From NCBI GenBank assembly GCA_037134955.1, contig JBAXLF010000001.1, forward strand, positions 10,099 through 74,098: 64,000 bases of DNA. The letters are read 5' to 3'. Within the stretch, counting starts at the first letter, position 1, and the number at the start of each line of letters is the position of its first letter. This document shows, piece by piece, positions 49,992 through 61,574 of the stretch. The position numbers and the translations under genes are program-made. The DNA comes from Actinomycetota bacterium. GTDB lineage: Bacteria > Actinomycetota > Actinomycetes > Nanopelagicales > Nanopelagicaceae. Under the pieces are notes generated by a model. The model saw nothing but the letters and a program-made list of their open reading frames with translations. It was not told the DNA's origin and did no database searches.

Positions 49992-50873
49992 CTAGCCTTT
50001 TTGGGCAGACGCCAATTCTATCAGGGTTGCGACTACCTTCTCGACCTCTTCATTTATCAGCACCTTATCGAAGAAGGACGCTGCCGCCATCTCCTCCTGA
50101 GCCAACGCCAACCGGGCGGCGCGTCTTTCGGGGCTATCTGTGCCACGTCCTTCCAAACGAGAGACGAGCTCTTCCCATGTCGGAGGTTCAAGGAAGACGA
50201 GGAGAGCTTGTGGGACTTTCTCCTTCACCTGACGTGCACCCGTGATCTCAATTTCTAAGAGAACGCTCTGTCCATTTCGCAGCGCCTCTTCAACTGCTTT
50301 GCGGGGAGTTCCGTATCTATTGCCAGCAAACTCTGCCCATTCAAGGAATTCATCGCGCGCTATAGCTTGATCGAATTTCTCATGCGAATAAAAATGATAA
50401 TCAACGCCTTCAATCTCATTAAAGCGCGGCGCACGAGTAGTAGCAGAGACGCTGACAAAGAATGGTGAAGATTGCTTGAGCGCCTTTGCAACAGTGCTCT
50501 TTCCTACTCCCCCAGGTCCAGATAAAACTACCAACTTTCCGCTGGCGGTAGCGGGTGGAAGATTTAATTCACGTTCAAGTGCTTGCACCTGATGTCTACC
50601 TAAACCTTGAAGTCTGCGAGTGAGTGAGATTTCTAATCGTTCAAGAAGAGCTTTGGCTCTGACTTTTCCCATACCTGGTATGGATTCGACCAATTCCAAT
50701 ACCCGCATCTTTGCAATTGCCTCATCGTTGTGAGATATCTGTATGACTTGTGCAATCGATAACTCTTGATTCTTCACTCGCAATTTCAGGCCAGCGCGCA
50801 CTTGTCGGGAGACCTTAGCCTTTGCAAGAGCGTTAGCCCGTTGCTCGGGTGTTAATTGCGGAGGGGCTCCCAT
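49992..50873 (-). CDS. mihF-gmk: Fusion of actinobacterial integration host factor (mIHF/sIHF) and guanylate kinase
   Basis: aa 1-~103 are mIHF-like ([15 protein letters not shown]...[19 protein letters not shown]...RRLQGLG). aa ~112-293 are Gmk ([37 protein letters not shown]). No stop between them. Confidence 0.92.
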   Translation of the reverse strand: MGAPPQLTPEQRANALAKAKVSRQVRAGLKLRVKNQELSIAQVIQISHNDEAIAKMRVLELVESIPGMGKVRAKALLERLEISLTRRLQGLGRHQVQALERELNLPPATASGKLVVLSGPGGVGKSTVAKALKQSSPFFVSVSATTRAPRFNEIEGVDYHFYSHEKFDQAIARDEFLEWAEFAGNRYGTPRKAVEEALRNGQSVLLEIEITGARQVKEKVPQALLVFLEPPTWEELVSRLEGRGTDSPERRAARLALAQEEMAAASFFDKVLINEEVEKVVATLIELASAQKG

Positions 50874-50882
50874 GGCTATAAA

Positions 50883-51584
50883 TTACTGCAGAATTTCATC
50901 TGCGATGGCGCGTGCTTTCGCCTTCATCGCTGCAGGGCCATCGCTCCATGCTTGGGTAATGGGGCGTCCGATAACTACAAAGGATGCTCCCGCTGATATT
51001 GCATCCTGTGGAGTCATCGTTCGCTTTTGATCATCGCTTCCAGCCTCACTTGCTGGACGCACACCCGGCGTAATGATGTGAATGTCAGGCCCAACAATTG
51101 CGCGAATAGCTGTGATCTCTAAAGGAGAGCAGACAATTGCCCGAGCCCCAGAACTAACCGCCAGAGAAGCTAAAGCCACTGCGCTCTCGAGTGCGGGACT
51201 GGCAAAACCAATTCGGAATAAATCATCTTCTGAGAGCGAAGTAAGAATCGTTACTGCTGTGATATCTGTTGCAGGTGCCGCCGATACCGCAGCTGCAATC
51301 ATGGCTGGACCGCCAGATGCATGTACAGTCAGAAATCGCGGCCGCAGCTCGGAAACGGCAGATGCCGCACCTTTCACAGTGTGTGGAATGTCGTGAAGTT
51401 TGAGATCGAGAAAGATATCGGCATCGGTCTCGCTCTTAATGGCTCGGACACCTTCTTGGCCAAAGGTAAGAAAGAATTCCAGACCCAACTTATAAACGCT
51501 TACAGAGTCTTGCGTACACGCGATCCATTGTTTGGCGATCTCCAGATCAGGAGTATCGACTGCTAAAACGATAGGTGCTTTCAT
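50883..51584 (-). CDS. pyrF: Orotidine-5'-phosphate decarboxylase
   Basis: FLDLKLHDIPHTV, TVHASGG, TPGVRP, DDQKR, GRPIT. Confidence 0.97.
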   Translation of the reverse strand: MKAPIVLAVDTPDLEIAKQWIACTQDSVSVYKLGLEFFLTFGQEGVRAIKSETDADIFLDLKLHDIPHTVKGAASAVSELRPRFLTVHASGGPAMIAAAVSAAPATDITAVTILTSLSEDDLFRIGFASPALESAVALASLAVSSGARAIVCSPLEITAIRAIVGPDIHIITPGVRPASEAGSDDQKRTMTPQDAISAGASFVVIGRPITQAWSDGPAAMKAKARAIADEILQ

Positions 51585-52522
51585 GGGCTCTCATCTCTGT
51601 GGGCATATCCAACGGCTTGTTGCATCGTTGCAAATCCTCGTGCCGCCAATAATTCACGTAACTCATTTTGGATAGTAATCAGAGCTGATGGATTTCCGAA
51701 ACTTGCCGTACCTACTGAGATACCGGAAGCTCCTGCCAAAATAAGTTCGAGCGCATCTCTGCCAGATGAAACGCCACCCATTCCGAGGATGGGAATCTGT
51801 GGAAGCGCTGCATGTACTTGGTAAATCGCCCGAACTGCAACTGGCCTGATGGCTGGCCCGGATAATCCACCAGTTTTTCCGCCGAGGTGTGGCTTCATTG
51901 TGTCGAGATTGATGACCATACCTAATACGGTATTTATCAGCGCAAGTGCATCTGCCCCTGCATCAACTACTCCGCGAGCTATTGCAGGAAGATCGGTAAC
52001 ATCGGGCGAAAGCTTGGCGATAATCGGCAGTTCTCCACCAATTGTTTTACGTACGCCGTCTATCACCCGACGAGAAGCATCGGGATCGCAGGCGAAGACT
52101 AAGCCACGATTTTCAACATTAGGGCAAGAGATATTGACTTCCACTGCGCTGATTCCGGATACGGATCGAAGTTTGCGCGCCAGGGTTGAATACTCCTCGA
52201 TAGTTTCGCCAGCTATCGAAACAATTACCCTCGCCTTCTGTTCGAGTAACCACGGGACATCGTTAGCTAAAAAGGCATCTATACCTGGACCTTGCAGGCC
52301 AATGGAGTTGAGCATTCCTGACGGAGTCTCAGCCATGCGCGGGGTTGGTCGGCCATGGCGCGGTTTCGACATCACAGATTTAGTAACTACTGCGCCAATA
52401 TCTTTGAGTGGGAAGAATTGCGCTAACTCCTTACCGCTACTTGCGCACCCACTTGCAGTAAAGATGGGGCTCGGAAACCAAGCATTTCCGAGAGTTGTCG
52501 ATAGGTCTACCGGGATACTCAT
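51581..52522 (-). CDS. pyrD: Dihydroorotate dehydrogenase, class 1B catalytic subunit
   Basis: ASGC, NSIGLQGPG, EVNISCPNV, KLSP, GGLSGPAIRP. Confidence 0.95.
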   Translation of the reverse strand: MSIPVDLSTTLGNAWFPSPIFTASGCASSGKELAQFFPLKDIGAVVTKSVMSKPRHGRPTPRMAETPSGMLNSIGLQGPGIDAFLANDVPWLLEQKARVIVSIAGETIEEYSTLARKLRSVSGISAVEVNISCPNVENRGLVFACDPDASRRVIDGVRKTIGGELPIIAKLSPDVTDLPAIARGVVDAGADALALINTVLGMVINLDTMKPHLGGKTGGLSGPAIRPVAVRAIYQVHAALPQIPILGMGGVSSGRDALELILAGASGISVGTASFGNPSALITIQNELRELLAARGFATMQQAVGYAHRDESP

Positions 52523-53367
52523 GGAGCAACCTCTGGAACCTTACCCACCAGATCCCAACGAACATCCGAACCATCCATCACTGGACCATCAATGCAAGAG
52601 CGCAACATGGAAGTACTTCCATCAGCGTTCTTCACTGGCAAGACACATGTCATGCAAATACCTATTCCACAGGCCATGGACTCTTCAACTGCACATTGAT
52701 GGATAACATCGGTCTCAGCTACGAGCGATGTAATGGCCGATAACATGGCCATCGGACCACACGAATAGATAACATCGATCGCTCTCTGCGAGATGATGTC
52801 GAGAAGGGATTCAGTAACACGTCCAGTCTCACCCATCGATCCATCTTCTGTATAGATGCGTAGGGAATTAACTGATCGCTTACCTTCCATAGGTGCATAA
52901 ATCTTTGAGCCCACACTGGCTCCGAGCAACATATCAACTTTGCAACCACGTGACTTCAAGACATCGGCCAGCCCAAAGAGTGGCGCAGAACCATATCCAC
53001 CACCGATTAAGAGCGCATTTATCGGTTCGGTGGGAATTCCAAAGGCGGTACCAAGTGGCGCGACGATATCTATCTCGGTTCCTTCAACTTGAGAGCAGAG
53101 CCATTTACTTCCAGATCCGTGTGGAGCGACAATTAACTCCATCGTGCCACCGTATTGCGAATTCTCTGAAACGCGCGAAATTGCGAAAGCTCGCCGCAGA
53201 ATCATGCGCGAGGAATCTCCACCAACTGCAATCGCCACGAAATTTCCCGGTTTGCAGAACTTCACCAGATCTCCGACATTGAGCAGAATCTGGTGATAAG
53301 CGCCCACTCGTTTATTACCGACAATAACTACCTGTTGTTGCACAGCATGGCGGTTAATTGTGGACAT
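52519..53367 (-). CDS. pyrK: Dihydroorotate dehydrogenase electron transfer subunit
   Basis: LRRAFAI, GGGYGSAP, CGPMAM, EESMACGIGICMTC...CIDGPV 2Fe-2S motif. Confidence 0.95.
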   Translation of the reverse strand: MSTINRHAVQQQVVIVGNKRVGAYHQILLNVGDLVKFCKPGNFVAIAVGGDSSRMILRRAFAISRVSENSQYGGTMELIVAPHGSGSKWLCSQVEGTEIDIVAPLGTAFGIPTEPINALLIGGGYGSAPLFGLADVLKSRGCKVDMLLGASVGSKIYAPMEGKRSVNSLRIYTEDGSMGETGRVTESLLDIISQRAIDVIYSCGPMAMLSAITSLVAETDVIHQCAVEESMACGIGICMTCVLPVKNADGSTSMLRSCIDGPVMDGSDVRWDLVGKVPEVAP

Positions 53368-56300
53368 TAACGAGCTAACCAATCTTGAATTGGGGCGACA
53401 GAGAGATCGCCCGACTGGAGCGACTTTATACCTTGGACCGCAGCGCTAAAGCCCGCTGTAGTAGTAATAATCGGAATTGAACGCTGCACCGACGCCGTGC
53501 GAATCGCCCACCCATCGGCTCGCGTTCCCCGACCCACCGGAGTATTAATCACTAAATTGATATCACCATTATTGAGCATCTCGACGATGGTCTTCTCGCC
53601 TAATGGCCCAGTTCCTTGAGAATTCTTGCGAACCGTTACTGATGTAACACCATGTTGAGATAGGTATGCCGCAGTACCTTCTGTCGCAAGAAGTCGGAAA
53701 CCAAGTGCACTCAATTCCTGCGCTGGTTTCACACCTGAATTCTTATCCTTATCGGCAAGTGAGATAAATACTGTGCCACTCTTAGGAAGAGGACCAAAGG
53801 AACTTATCTGAGACTTTGCATAAGATTCGCCAAAGGTTGCAGCTATTCCCATAACTTCACCCGTTGATCGCATCTCGGGTCCTAGGACTGCATCTACTCC
53901 TCGCCCATCTGCTCGGCGGAATCTATTCCACGGTAAGACCGCCTCTTTTACGCTGATACCTTTCGCAATCGCATCGCCCGACGCGGGTAGTAACCCTTCA
54001 CTACGAAGTTGGGCGATGGTAGCTCCAAGTGAAATTCGTGCAGCAGCTTTCGCAAGCGGAATACCAGTTGCCTTACTTACAAATGGAACGGTTCGTGATG
54101 CGCGTGGATTTGCCTCGAGAACGTAGAGGATGTTCTCTGCCATCGCGAATTGAATATTGATAAGACCTGCAACTCCCACACCTTGTGCGATCTTGAGCGT
54201 CGCTTCTCGGATATCAACCCGTTGTTTCTCTGAGATTGTCATGGCTGGAAGTACACAGGCGCTATCTCCCGAGTGGATTCCTGCCTCTTCAATATGTTCC
54301 ATGATGCCACCGAGAAAGAGTTCAGTGCCATCGAAGAGCGCATCAACATCTAGTTCAATCGCTGAATCTAGGAATCTATCTACGAGTACTGGATGATCAG
54401 GTGTGATATCTGTCGCGCGTGAGATAAAACCACTCAATGATTCATCATCGTAGACAATCTCCATACCTCGCCCGCCCAGAACGAAACTCGGGCGAACAAG
54501 TACCGGATATCCGATCCGTTGTGCGATCTCGACCGCTTCAAGTTGCGAAGCTGCCATGCCGAACTCTGGAGCAGTAAGACCTTGATCAAGTAAGACTTGT
54601 CCAAAGGCGCCACGCTCCTCGGCGAGATTGATCGCCTCAGGGCTGGTGCCGAGAATCGTTACTCCAGCAGCCTTTAATCCAGCCGCTAAACCAAGAGGTG
54701 TTTGACCACCTAATTGGGTGATGACGCCAAGAACCGGTCCTGCAATTGATTCTGCGTGAATCACTTCCAGTACATCTTCCAAGGTAAGCGGCTCGAAATA
54801 GAGGCGATCGCTAGTGTCGTAATCCGTAGAGACTGTCTCTGGATTGCAATTAATCATGATCGTTTCATACCCGGCTTCGCGTAGCGTGAATGATGCGTGT
54901 ACGCATGAATAATCGAATTCAATTCCTTGACCGATGCGATTAGGTCCGCTTCCCAAGATGATTACCGCTGGTTTGGTACGCGGGCGAACTTCGGTCTCTT
55001 CCTCGTAACTTGAATAGTGATAAGGAGTGAACGCTTCAAATTCTGCAGCACATGTATCAACAGTCTTATACACGGGTCTGATATTGAGATGATGACGAAC
55101 CTTACGTACTTCCGCTTCAGATATCCCTCGTAAGGAGGCGATCTGAGCATCTGAGAAACCGTGACTCTTTGCATATCGCAATTTTTCGGTGTCGAGTTCG
55201 CCTACCGCTGCGGTATCTCTAGCTACTTGATTGATGATCTCCAATTGGCGAAGGAACCAACGATCAATCTTGGTTGCTGCATAGACCTCTTCCATGGTGG
55301 CCCCGGCCCACAGTGCTCTCTGTACCTGTTGCAAGCGATACTCAGTTGGAATTTTCATGGACTCGAGCAGAGCGAGTTTCTCGCTGTGAGAGATATCGGT
55401 CGGAAATGTAAAGATTGCTTCCTTTCGCTCAAGTGAGCGGAGCGACTTCATGAGCGCTTCGGGGAATGAGCGACCAATCGCCATCGCCTCGCCGACGCTC
55501 TTCATTGTTGTCGTCAATCGCGGATCAGCATCCTGGAATTTTTCGAAGGCAAAACGTGGAGCTTTGACCACGATGTAATCCAACGTTGGCTCGAACGAAG
55601 CAGGAGTTACCTGGGTAATGTCATTCTTAATCTCATCAAGGGTGTACCCAATCGCCAACTTCGTAGCAATCTTCGCAATCGGAAAACCCGTCGCTTTCGA
55701 GGCTAAGGCACTTGAGCGAGAGACGCGCGGATTCATCTCAATCACAATGATGCGCCCATTATCTGGATTGACGGCGAATTGAATATTGCAACCGCCGGTA
55801 TCGACCCCAACTTCGCGGATGATCGAAATAGAAAGATCGCGGAGCTTCTGATATTCGACATCAGTAAGCGTCAACGCCGGGGCTACGGTAATTGAATCGC
55901 CTGTATGGACTCCCATGGGATCGATATTTTCGATACTGCAGACAATCACCACGTTATCCGCACGATCTCGCATCACTTCGAGCTCATACTCTTTCCAGCC
56001 AATAATTGATTCTTCAATCAGTACTTCTGAGGTGGGGCTATGACGAAGTCCGGCACCTGCAATCTGGCGCAGAGTCTCCTCATCAAATGCGATGCCCGAA
56101 CCCAGACCGCCCATCGTGAAAGATGGGCGAATGACTACGGGATAGTTCAGTTGCGCAACAGCGCCCATGACTTCATCCATGGTGTGACAGATAATGCTTC
56201 GCGCAGATTCGCCCCCGATCTTTTCTACAATCGTCCGGAAGATCTCTCGATTCTCACCGCGCTCAATCGCCGCAACATCGGCACCGATTAATTTCACTCC

Positions 56301-56633
56301 GTACCGTTCAAGAGTTCCCGCTTGGAATAAGCCAATCGCGGCATTGAGCGCTGTCTGTCCGCCTAACGTTGCAAGCACTGCATCTGGTTTCTCGCGCGCA
56401 ATGATTCGCTCAATAAACTCTGGAGTTATAGGTTCGATATATGTGGCATCTGCGAACTCTGGGTCGGTCATGATCGTCGCTGGATTGCTATTGACCAGAA
56501 TTACTCGGATACCTTCAGCGCGAAGTACGCGGCAGGCTTGAGTTCCAGAATAATCGAATTCGCAAGCCTGACCGATCACTATCGGTCCTGAGCCGATCAC
56601 AAGTACGCTCTTGATTGAATTATCTAGTGGCAT
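53367..56633 (-). CDS. carB: Carbamoyl-phosphate synthase large subunit
   Basis: [17 protein letters not shown], two ATP-grasp repeats ([19 protein letters not shown]), MGS domain. Confidence 0.98.
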   Translation of the reverse strand: MPLDNSIKSVLVIGSGPIVIGQACEFDYSGTQACRVLRAEGIRVILVNSNPATIMTDPEFADATYIEPITPEFIERIIAREKPDAVLATLGGQTALNAAIGLFQAGTLERYGVKLIGADVAAIERGENREIFRTIVEKIGGESARSIICHTMDEVMGAVAQLNYPVVIRPSFTMGGLGSGIAFDEETLRQIAGAGLRHSPTSEVLIEESIIGWKEYELEVMRDRADNVVIVCSIENIDPMGVHTGDSITVAPALTLTDVEYQKLRDLSISIIREVGVDTGGCNIQFAVNPDNGRIIVIEMNPRVSRSSALASKATGFPIAKIATKLAIGYTLDEIKNDITQVTPASFEPTLDYIVVKAPRFAFEKFQDADPRLTTTMKSVGEAMAIGRSFPEALMKSLRSLERKEAIFTFPTDISHSEKLALLESMKIPTEYRLQQVQRALWAGATMEEVYAATKIDRWFLRQLEIINQVARDTAAVGELDTEKLRYAKSHGFSDAQIASLRGISEAEVRKVRHHLNIRPVYKTVDTCAAEFEAFTPYHYSSYEEETEVRPRTKPAVIILGSGPNRIGQGIEFDYSCVHASFTLREAGYETIMINCNPETVSTDYDTSDRLYFEPLTLEDVLEVIHAESIAGPVLGVITQLGGQTPLGLAAGLKAAGVTILGTSPEAINLAEERGAFGQVLLDQGLTAPEFGMAASQLEAVEIAQRIGYPVLVRPSFVLGGRGMEIVYDDESLSGFISRATDITPDHPVLVDRFLDSAIELDVDALFDGTELFLGGIMEHIEEAGIHSGDSACVLPAMTISEKQRVDIREATLKIAQGVGVAGLINIQFAMAENILYVLEANPRASRTVPFVSKATGIPLAKAAARISLGATIAQLRSEGLLPASGDAIAKGISVKEAVLPWNRFRRADGRGVDAVLGPEMRSTGEVMGIAATFGESYAKSQISSFGPLPKSGTVFISLADKDKNSGVKPAQELSALGFRLLATEGTAAYLSQHGVTSVTVRKNSQGTGPLGEKTIVEMLNNGDINLVINTPVGRGTRADGWAIRTASVQRSIPIITTTAGFSAAVQGIKSLQSGDLSVAPIQDWLAR

Positions 56634-57760
56634 TAGATCGCTCCAATCTTTCTTGGATACTTCTGCATTACCTCAATAAACCGATCGAAGAGATAAGCAG
56701 CATCATGCGGACCAGCCGCAGCTTCAGGGTGATACTGCACGCTAAAAGCTCCACGTTCTATTAACTCTAAACCTTCGACAACTCCGTCATTGAGAGATAC
56801 GTGAGTTACCTGACCTGGACCAAATACGGTGCTAAAGGCGCTCTCAGTAGGTGCTTGCAGTGCAAATCCATGATTATGCGCTGTGATTTCAACTTTGCCG
56901 GTACGTTTATCAAGGACTGGTTGGTTGATACCACGATGACCAAATTGCAATTTATAGGTTTCAAAACCAAGAGCTCTTCCGAGAATCTGATGTCCGAAAC
57001 AGATACCAAAGATAGGAATCTCAAGCAAAAGGATTTCTCTCACCAGATCGATCGTTGAGGTCATAGTTGCGGGATCACCGGGACCATTAGAAAGAAAGAC
57101 TCCATCGGGGTTAATTGCCACAATCTCATCGAGAGTGGAGTTGTAAGGCATGACATGAACCTCGATACCGCGTTCGGACATCGCCCGAGGCGTTGCTCCT
57201 TTGATACCTAAATCCAGCGCAGCCACCGTAAAGCGCTTTGTACCTGTTGCAGGAACTACATATGTTTTCTCAGTTGAGACATCGTCGCTGAGGTAAGCAC
57301 CTGTCATAAGAGCTTGCTTGCGTACTTCAATGACCATCTCTTCTCGCGAAAGTTCGAGATCCGAGAAGATTCCGACTCGCATCGAGCCGCGATCACGTAA
57401 ATGGCGAGTGAGGGCACGTGTGTCGATTCCTTGGATTCCAACTATCTCCTGATCAATGAGTTCAGCCTCTAAATCTTTCTCACTTCGCCAGTTGCTCGTC
57501 AAAGTAGAGGGATTACGAACTACGAAACCAGCGACCCAATATTTCTTTGATTCATTATCAGTCGCATTAACGCCGGTATTACCGATATGTGGGGCGGTCA
57601 TCACGACAACTTGTTTGTGATACGACGGATCCGTCAGAGTCTCTTGATACCCAGTCATCCCTGTTTGAAAGACCGCTTCCCCAAAGGTTTTGCCCGTCTT
57701 CGCCCACGAAGATCCTTCAAAGATTCTTCCATCATCAAGGACGAGGAATGCCTTACTCAT
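56633..57760 (-). CDS. carA: Carbamoyl-phosphate synthase small subunit
   Basis: [35 protein letters not shown]. Confidence 0.98.
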   Translation of the reverse strand: MSKAFLVLDDGRIFEGSSWAKTGKTFGEAVFQTGMTGYQETLTDPSYHKQVVVMTAPHIGNTGVNATDNESKKYWVAGFVVRNPSTLTSNWRSEKDLEAELIDQEIVGIQGIDTRALTRHLRDRGSMRVGIFSDLELSREEMVIEVRKQALMTGAYLSDDVSTEKTYVVPATGTKRFTVAALDLGIKGATPRAMSERGIEVHVMPYNSTLDEIVAINPDGVFLSNGPGDPATMTSTIDLVREILLLEIPIFGICFGHQILGRALGFETYKLQFGHRGINQPVLDKRTGKVEITAHNHGFALQAPTESAFSTVFGPGQVTHVSLNDGVVEGLELIERGAFSVQYHPEAAAGPHDAAYLFDRFIEVMQKYPRKIGAI

Positions 57761-59043
57761 GATTTGCTCGACTCGTACGAAAGTGATCCACGGAAGAAGG
57801 TTGCAGTGATAACCCCTGGAAGTTCCATGCCATGGAAGGGAGTATTACGACTACGAGAGGCAACTAAGTCTCTATCCACGCGGTAGGTCTTGGTCGGATT
57901 CATCACAGTCAGGTTCGCAGGCGATCCGACGACTAACTCACGACCGTGATTTGCGTAGCGAGCAATCTTTGCTGGCATATAGCTCATGCGCTCCGCCACT
58001 TGGGTCCAACTCAAACTCTTTGTCTCGACCATAGTTTTGTTCACGATGGATAGGGCAGTTTCCAGACCCAACATTCCAAAGGCAGCTTCCTGCCATTCGC
58101 ACTCTTTACTTTCGGCGGGATGTGGCGCGTGGTCTGTTGCAACGATATCGATAGTTCCATCTGCGAGAGCTTCGCGAAGTGCCATCACATCTGACTCAGT
58201 ACGTAGTGGTGGATTTACCTTATAGACCGGATCGTAGCTACGCGCTAACTCATCGGTCAGGAGTAGGTGATGTGGAGTTACTTCCGCAGTGACCTGAATT
58301 CCGCGCTGCTTCGCCCAGCGGATTATTTCGACTCCCCCAGCTGTTGTCAGATGACAGATATGGAGCCGCGCATTCACGTGATCGGCGAGTAGAACATCAC
58401 GCGCAATGATTGCTTCTTCAGCAATCGCTGGCCAACCTTTAAGACCAAGTTGTGATGAAACATAACCTTCATTCATCTGAGAACCTTGGGTCAGACGTGG
58501 CTCTTGTGCGTGCTGTGCAATGACGCCATCAAATTTCTTTACATACTCAAGTGCGCGACGCATCACCAGTGGATCGAAGACACAATGTCCGTCATCACTA
58601 AATACTCGCACTCGAGCAGCCGAATCTGCCATCGCCCCAATCTCGGCGAGTTCTACTCCTTCAAGATTCTGAGTCACCGCTCCAATGGGATAGACGTCGA
58701 GCAATCCGGCTCTTTGGCCAAGTCGAAATACCTGCTCAACTACGCCCGCTGTATCTGCAACTGGAGATGTATTTGCCATCGCGCTGAGTGCTACATATCC
58801 ACCACGTACTCCAGCTTGTGAACCAGAGAGAACAGTCTCTGCATCTTCTTTGCCTGGTTCGCGTAGGTGAGTATGTAGGTCGACTAAACCGGGAAGAAGA
58901 ATCGAATCGGTGGCATCAATGACAGTGTGACCACTCGGTGCGATCTCAGTCGCAATCTCTTTGACTACACCATCGGCAATGACGAGATCTGACTTCGTGC
59001 CATTAGGAAGCGAGCCTCCCTTGATTACATATGAAGTCGTCAT
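57757..59043 (-). CDS. pyrC: Dihydroorotase
   Basis: [34 protein letters not shown]. Confidence 0.96.
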   Translation of the reverse strand: MTTSYVIKGGSLPNGTKSDLVIADGVVKEIATEIAPSGHTVIDATDSILLPGLVDLHTHLREPGKEDAETVLSGSQAGVRGGYVALSAMANTSPVADTAGVVEQVFRLGQRAGLLDVYPIGAVTQNLEGVELAEIGAMADSAARVRVFSDDGHCVFDPLVMRRALEYVKKFDGVIAQHAQEPRLTQGSQMNEGYVSSQLGLKGWPAIAEEAIIARDVLLADHVNARLHICHLTTAGGVEIIRWAKQRGIQVTAEVTPHHLLLTDELARSYDPVYKVNPPLRTESDVMALREALADGTIDIVATDHAPHPAESKECEWQEAAFGMLGLETALSIVNKTMVETKSLSWTQVAERMSYMPAKIARYANHGRELVVGSPANLTVMNPTKTYRVDRDLVASRSRNTPFHGMELPGVITATFFRGSLSYESSKS

Positions 59044-59987
59044 CCCTGAACTCCCAACTCTTGTACGCCCGCCAGAAGGAGATAGAGAATCGCCATCCGT
59101 ACCGTTACTCCATTTGTCACCTGCTGCAAGATCACTGAACGAGCGCTATCGGCGCTATCGGCGGTAATTTCTAATCCCCGATTCATAGGGCCGGGGTGCA
59201 TCACAATTGCGGTTGGCTTCATCTTTTTAAGTCGATCCCGATTGAGGCCAAAGTAGTGTGAATACTCTCGTGCATTCGGAAAGAAGAGTTCTGACATTCT
59301 CTCCATCTGAATGCGTAGCATCATCACTACATCCACATTTGCTATAACGTCGTCGAAATCATAAGAAACCGTAACTGGCCATTCTTCAACGCCCGTTGGA
59401 AGAAGTGTTGGAGGCGCAACTAGCGTGACATGTGCACCAAGTTTGGTTAAGAGGAGAACATTGGAGCGAGCTACACGTGAGTGCAGGATATCTCCAACAA
59501 TTGCGACTCGAATTCCAGTGAGATCGTTGCCACCGTGAACTAAGTTCCTGCGAATCGTAAAGGCATCGAGCAGAGCTTGGCTCGGATGTTCATGGGTACC
59601 ATCACCTGCGTTGATTACCGAACCAGTCATCCATTCATTATCGGCAAGCCGTTGCGCTGCTCCCGATGCGCTATGACGGATGATCACTGCATCTGCACCC
59701 ATAGCTTGCAACGTCTGCGCGGTATCTTTCAGTGATTCGCCCTTACTTACACTCGAACCTTTAGCTGAGAAGTTGATGACATCTGCTGATAAACGCTTAG
59801 CGGCTGCTTCAAAAGAGATGCGAGTGCGGGTGGAATCTTCGGCGAAGAGATTCACAATTGTGCGACCACGAAGCGTTGGTAGCTTCTTCATCGGCCCATC
59901 AGAGACCCGCGATAGCTCTTCAGCTGTGTCGAGAATTTGAATCGCCTGAGGTGTGGTCAGGTCTGCGATTGATAAAAGGTGTCGCAT
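59040..59987 (-). CDS. pyrB: Aspartate carbamoyltransferase
   Basis: [41 protein letters not shown]. Confidence 0.97.
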   Translation of the reverse strand: MRHLLSIADLTTPQAIQILDTAEELSRVSDGPMKKLPTLRGRTIVNLFAEDSTRTRISFEAAAKRLSADVINFSAKGSSVSKGESLKDTAQTLQAMGADAVIIRHSASGAAQRLADNEWMTGSVINAGDGTHEHPSQALLDAFTIRRNLVHGGNDLTGIRVAIVGDILHSRVARSNVLLLTKLGAHVTLVAPPTLLPTGVEEWPVTVSYDFDDVIANVDVVMMLRIQMERMSELFFPNAREYSHYFGLNRDRLKKMKPTAIVMHPGPMNRGLEITADSADSARSVILQQVTNGVTVRMAILYLLLAGVQELGVQG

Positions 59988-60520
59988 TACGCCTCACCTT
60001 CTTCCAGCGTCACTGCATCCAAGCCGTCCAGTTCGGTAAATTGCACTTTGATAATTTGAGAAAGTGAGGTGGGTAGATTCTTTCCAACGTAATCAGCGCG
60101 GATAGGAAGTTGGCGATGTCCTCTATCTACCAAGACTGCTAATTGCACAGTTGCTGGGCGGCCAATCTCACCGAGCGCATCCAAGGCAGCTCTAATTGTT
60201 CTTCCCGAGAATAGAACATCATCGACCAGAATGACATCACGATTTTCAACGCCCAGACTTGGAATTGTGGTCGGCATCAGAGCACGTGGTGGTCGCAAGC
60301 GAAGATCGTCGCGATGGAGAGTGATATCCAAAGTTCCGCACTGAGCGGTTTTACCTTCGATTGATTCAATCTTGGCCGCGATCCGGGCTGCTAGATGGGC
60401 GCCGCGTGTTGGGATACCTAAGAGAGTGATGTTCTCCGAACCAGAGTTACGTTCGAGAATTTCATGGGAAATACGAGTGATGGCGCGATCCATATCTGGC
60501 GCCGGCAGGGCAAGGCTCAT
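59987..60520 (-). CDS. pyrR: Pyrimidine operon regulator / uracil phosphoribosyltransferase PyrR
   Basis: [55 protein letters not shown]. Confidence 0.96.
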   Translation of the reverse strand: MSLALPAPDMDRAITRISHEILERNSGSENITLLGIPTRGAHLAARIAAKIESIEGKTAQCGTLDITLHRDDLRLRPPRALMPTTIPSLGVENRDVILVDDVLFSGRTIRAALDALGEIGRPATVQLAVLVDRGHRQLPIRADYVGKNLPTSLSQIIKVQFTELDGLDAVTLEEGEA

Positions 60521-60526
60521 GTCAAT

Positions 60527-60563
60527 CTCCTTCCCCGCCTCGCAGGACGGGTCGTTAAAGGAT
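60527..60563 (-). promoter_or_regulatory. PyrR-binding RNA element overlapping the pyrR ribosome-binding site
   Basis: Minus strand ATCCTTTAACGACCCGTCCTGCGAGGCGGGGAAGGAG has UUUAA plus the GUCCnGnGAGGC consensus, with the SD in the 3' arm. A TAAACT -10 box lies at 60578-60573. Confidence 0.85.
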
Positions 60564-60644
60564 GTTGGCGGGAGTTTATCACCAAATATCGCTCTCTGTG
60601 GAAACCGGCAAGGGCGTGTGCTCTGTAACTCCTATCGTGCATCC

Positions 60645-61142
60645 ATGACTCACACGAAGATGACTATGTCTGAATTCGGCGCAAAATTGCGAGCGATCCG
60701 TCGCGCCCGTGGCCTCTCGCTCTCAGATGTAGAAGCCTTAAGCCAGGGTCGCTTGAAGGCGGTCGTCCTCGGTTCCTACGAACGGGGATCTCGCTCGCTC
60801 AGCGTTAAGCGCGCAGTCGACATTGCACAGTTGTATGAAATACCACTCGCTCAGCTCTTTGCTGAGAAGAAAACCGCTGATCACTCCACATACACCCGCA
60901 CCATCTTTGACTTGCGCTCGATAAACTCAAAGGCGCAAGGTGAAAATCCTTGGAGCGAAAGATTTCTCATTGTCGCCCGTTTCACCCGAGCCATCGTTGA
61001 AGCAAGACACGATTGGAATGGTGAAGTTCTATCTATGCGAAGCGACGATTGTAAAACCCTAGCGCTGGTACTCAATATCGAATATAGCGAGTTGATCTCG
61101 TGGCTCGACCGCGAAAAAGTTCTGCTGGCCTATCGAAAATAA
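60645..61142 (+). CDS. bldD: BldD-like XRE-family regulator with c-di-GMP-binding motif
   Basis: GAKLRAIRR...SQGRLKAVVLGSYERG HTH; RHD-x8-RSDD in the C-terminal domain; divergent from pyrR as in Streptomyces; TATCGT 6 nt before the ATG. Confidence 0.88.
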   Translation: MTHTKMTMSEFGAKLRAIRRARGLSLSDVEALSQGRLKAVVLGSYERGSRSLSVKRAVDIAQLYEIPLAQLFAEKKTADHSTYTRTIFDLRSINSKAQGENPWSERFLIVARFTRAIVEARHDWNGEVLSMRSDDCKTLALVLNIEYSELISWLDREKVLLAYRK

Positions 61143-61151
61143 TCGAGAGAA

Positions 61152-61574
61152 CTAAATAGCAATACTCTCTTTAATCGATGAGATTCGCCCTAAAACCCCA
61201 TGAATATATCCCGCAGATTCATCGGTTGAGAGCTCCTTGGCCAAGGTGAGCGCCTCATCGATAGCGATACCGTCATCAAGATCTGCACTCCATACAATTT
61301 CGAAGATTCCAAGTCTCAAAATATTTCGATCGACTGCCGGCAATCGATCCATATCCCAACCTTGGGCATAGGTCGCTATTAGCTCATCGATCTTTCGCTT
61401 ATTTTCAGTCACGCCGATAACCAGAGATTTTGTAAATTCTCTAATCGGCCGAGCATCGGGGCCATCTTCGACCACATCACGCAAGGCAAGTAAGTCAGTT
61501 GCAGATAAGGAGCGAATATCTGCCTCGTACAGAAGATCAAGCGTCTGTTTACGAGCCTTACTGCGAGCTGACAC
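61152..61574 (-). CDS. nusB: Transcription antitermination factor NusB
   Basis: ARSKARK, GWDMDRLPAVDRNILR, AIDEALTLAKELS, YIHGVLG. Confidence 0.95.
   Translation of the reverse strand: MSARSKARKQTLDLLYEADIRSLSATDLLALRDVVEDGPDARPIREFTKSLVIGVTENKRKIDELIATYAQGWDMDRLPAVDRNILRLGIFEIVWSADLDDGIAIDEALTLAKELSTDESAGYIHGVLGRISSIKESIAI

Noticed and set aside
51849-52706. 285-aa + strand ORF
   Set aside because: Antisense shadow of pyrD/pyrK with no recognisable motifs. The same applies to the many short overlapping ORFs in the track.
60372-60644. 91-aa N-terminal extension of the BldD-like ORF
   Set aside because: It overlaps pyrR antisense and its leader; the -10 box and homology support ATG 60645.
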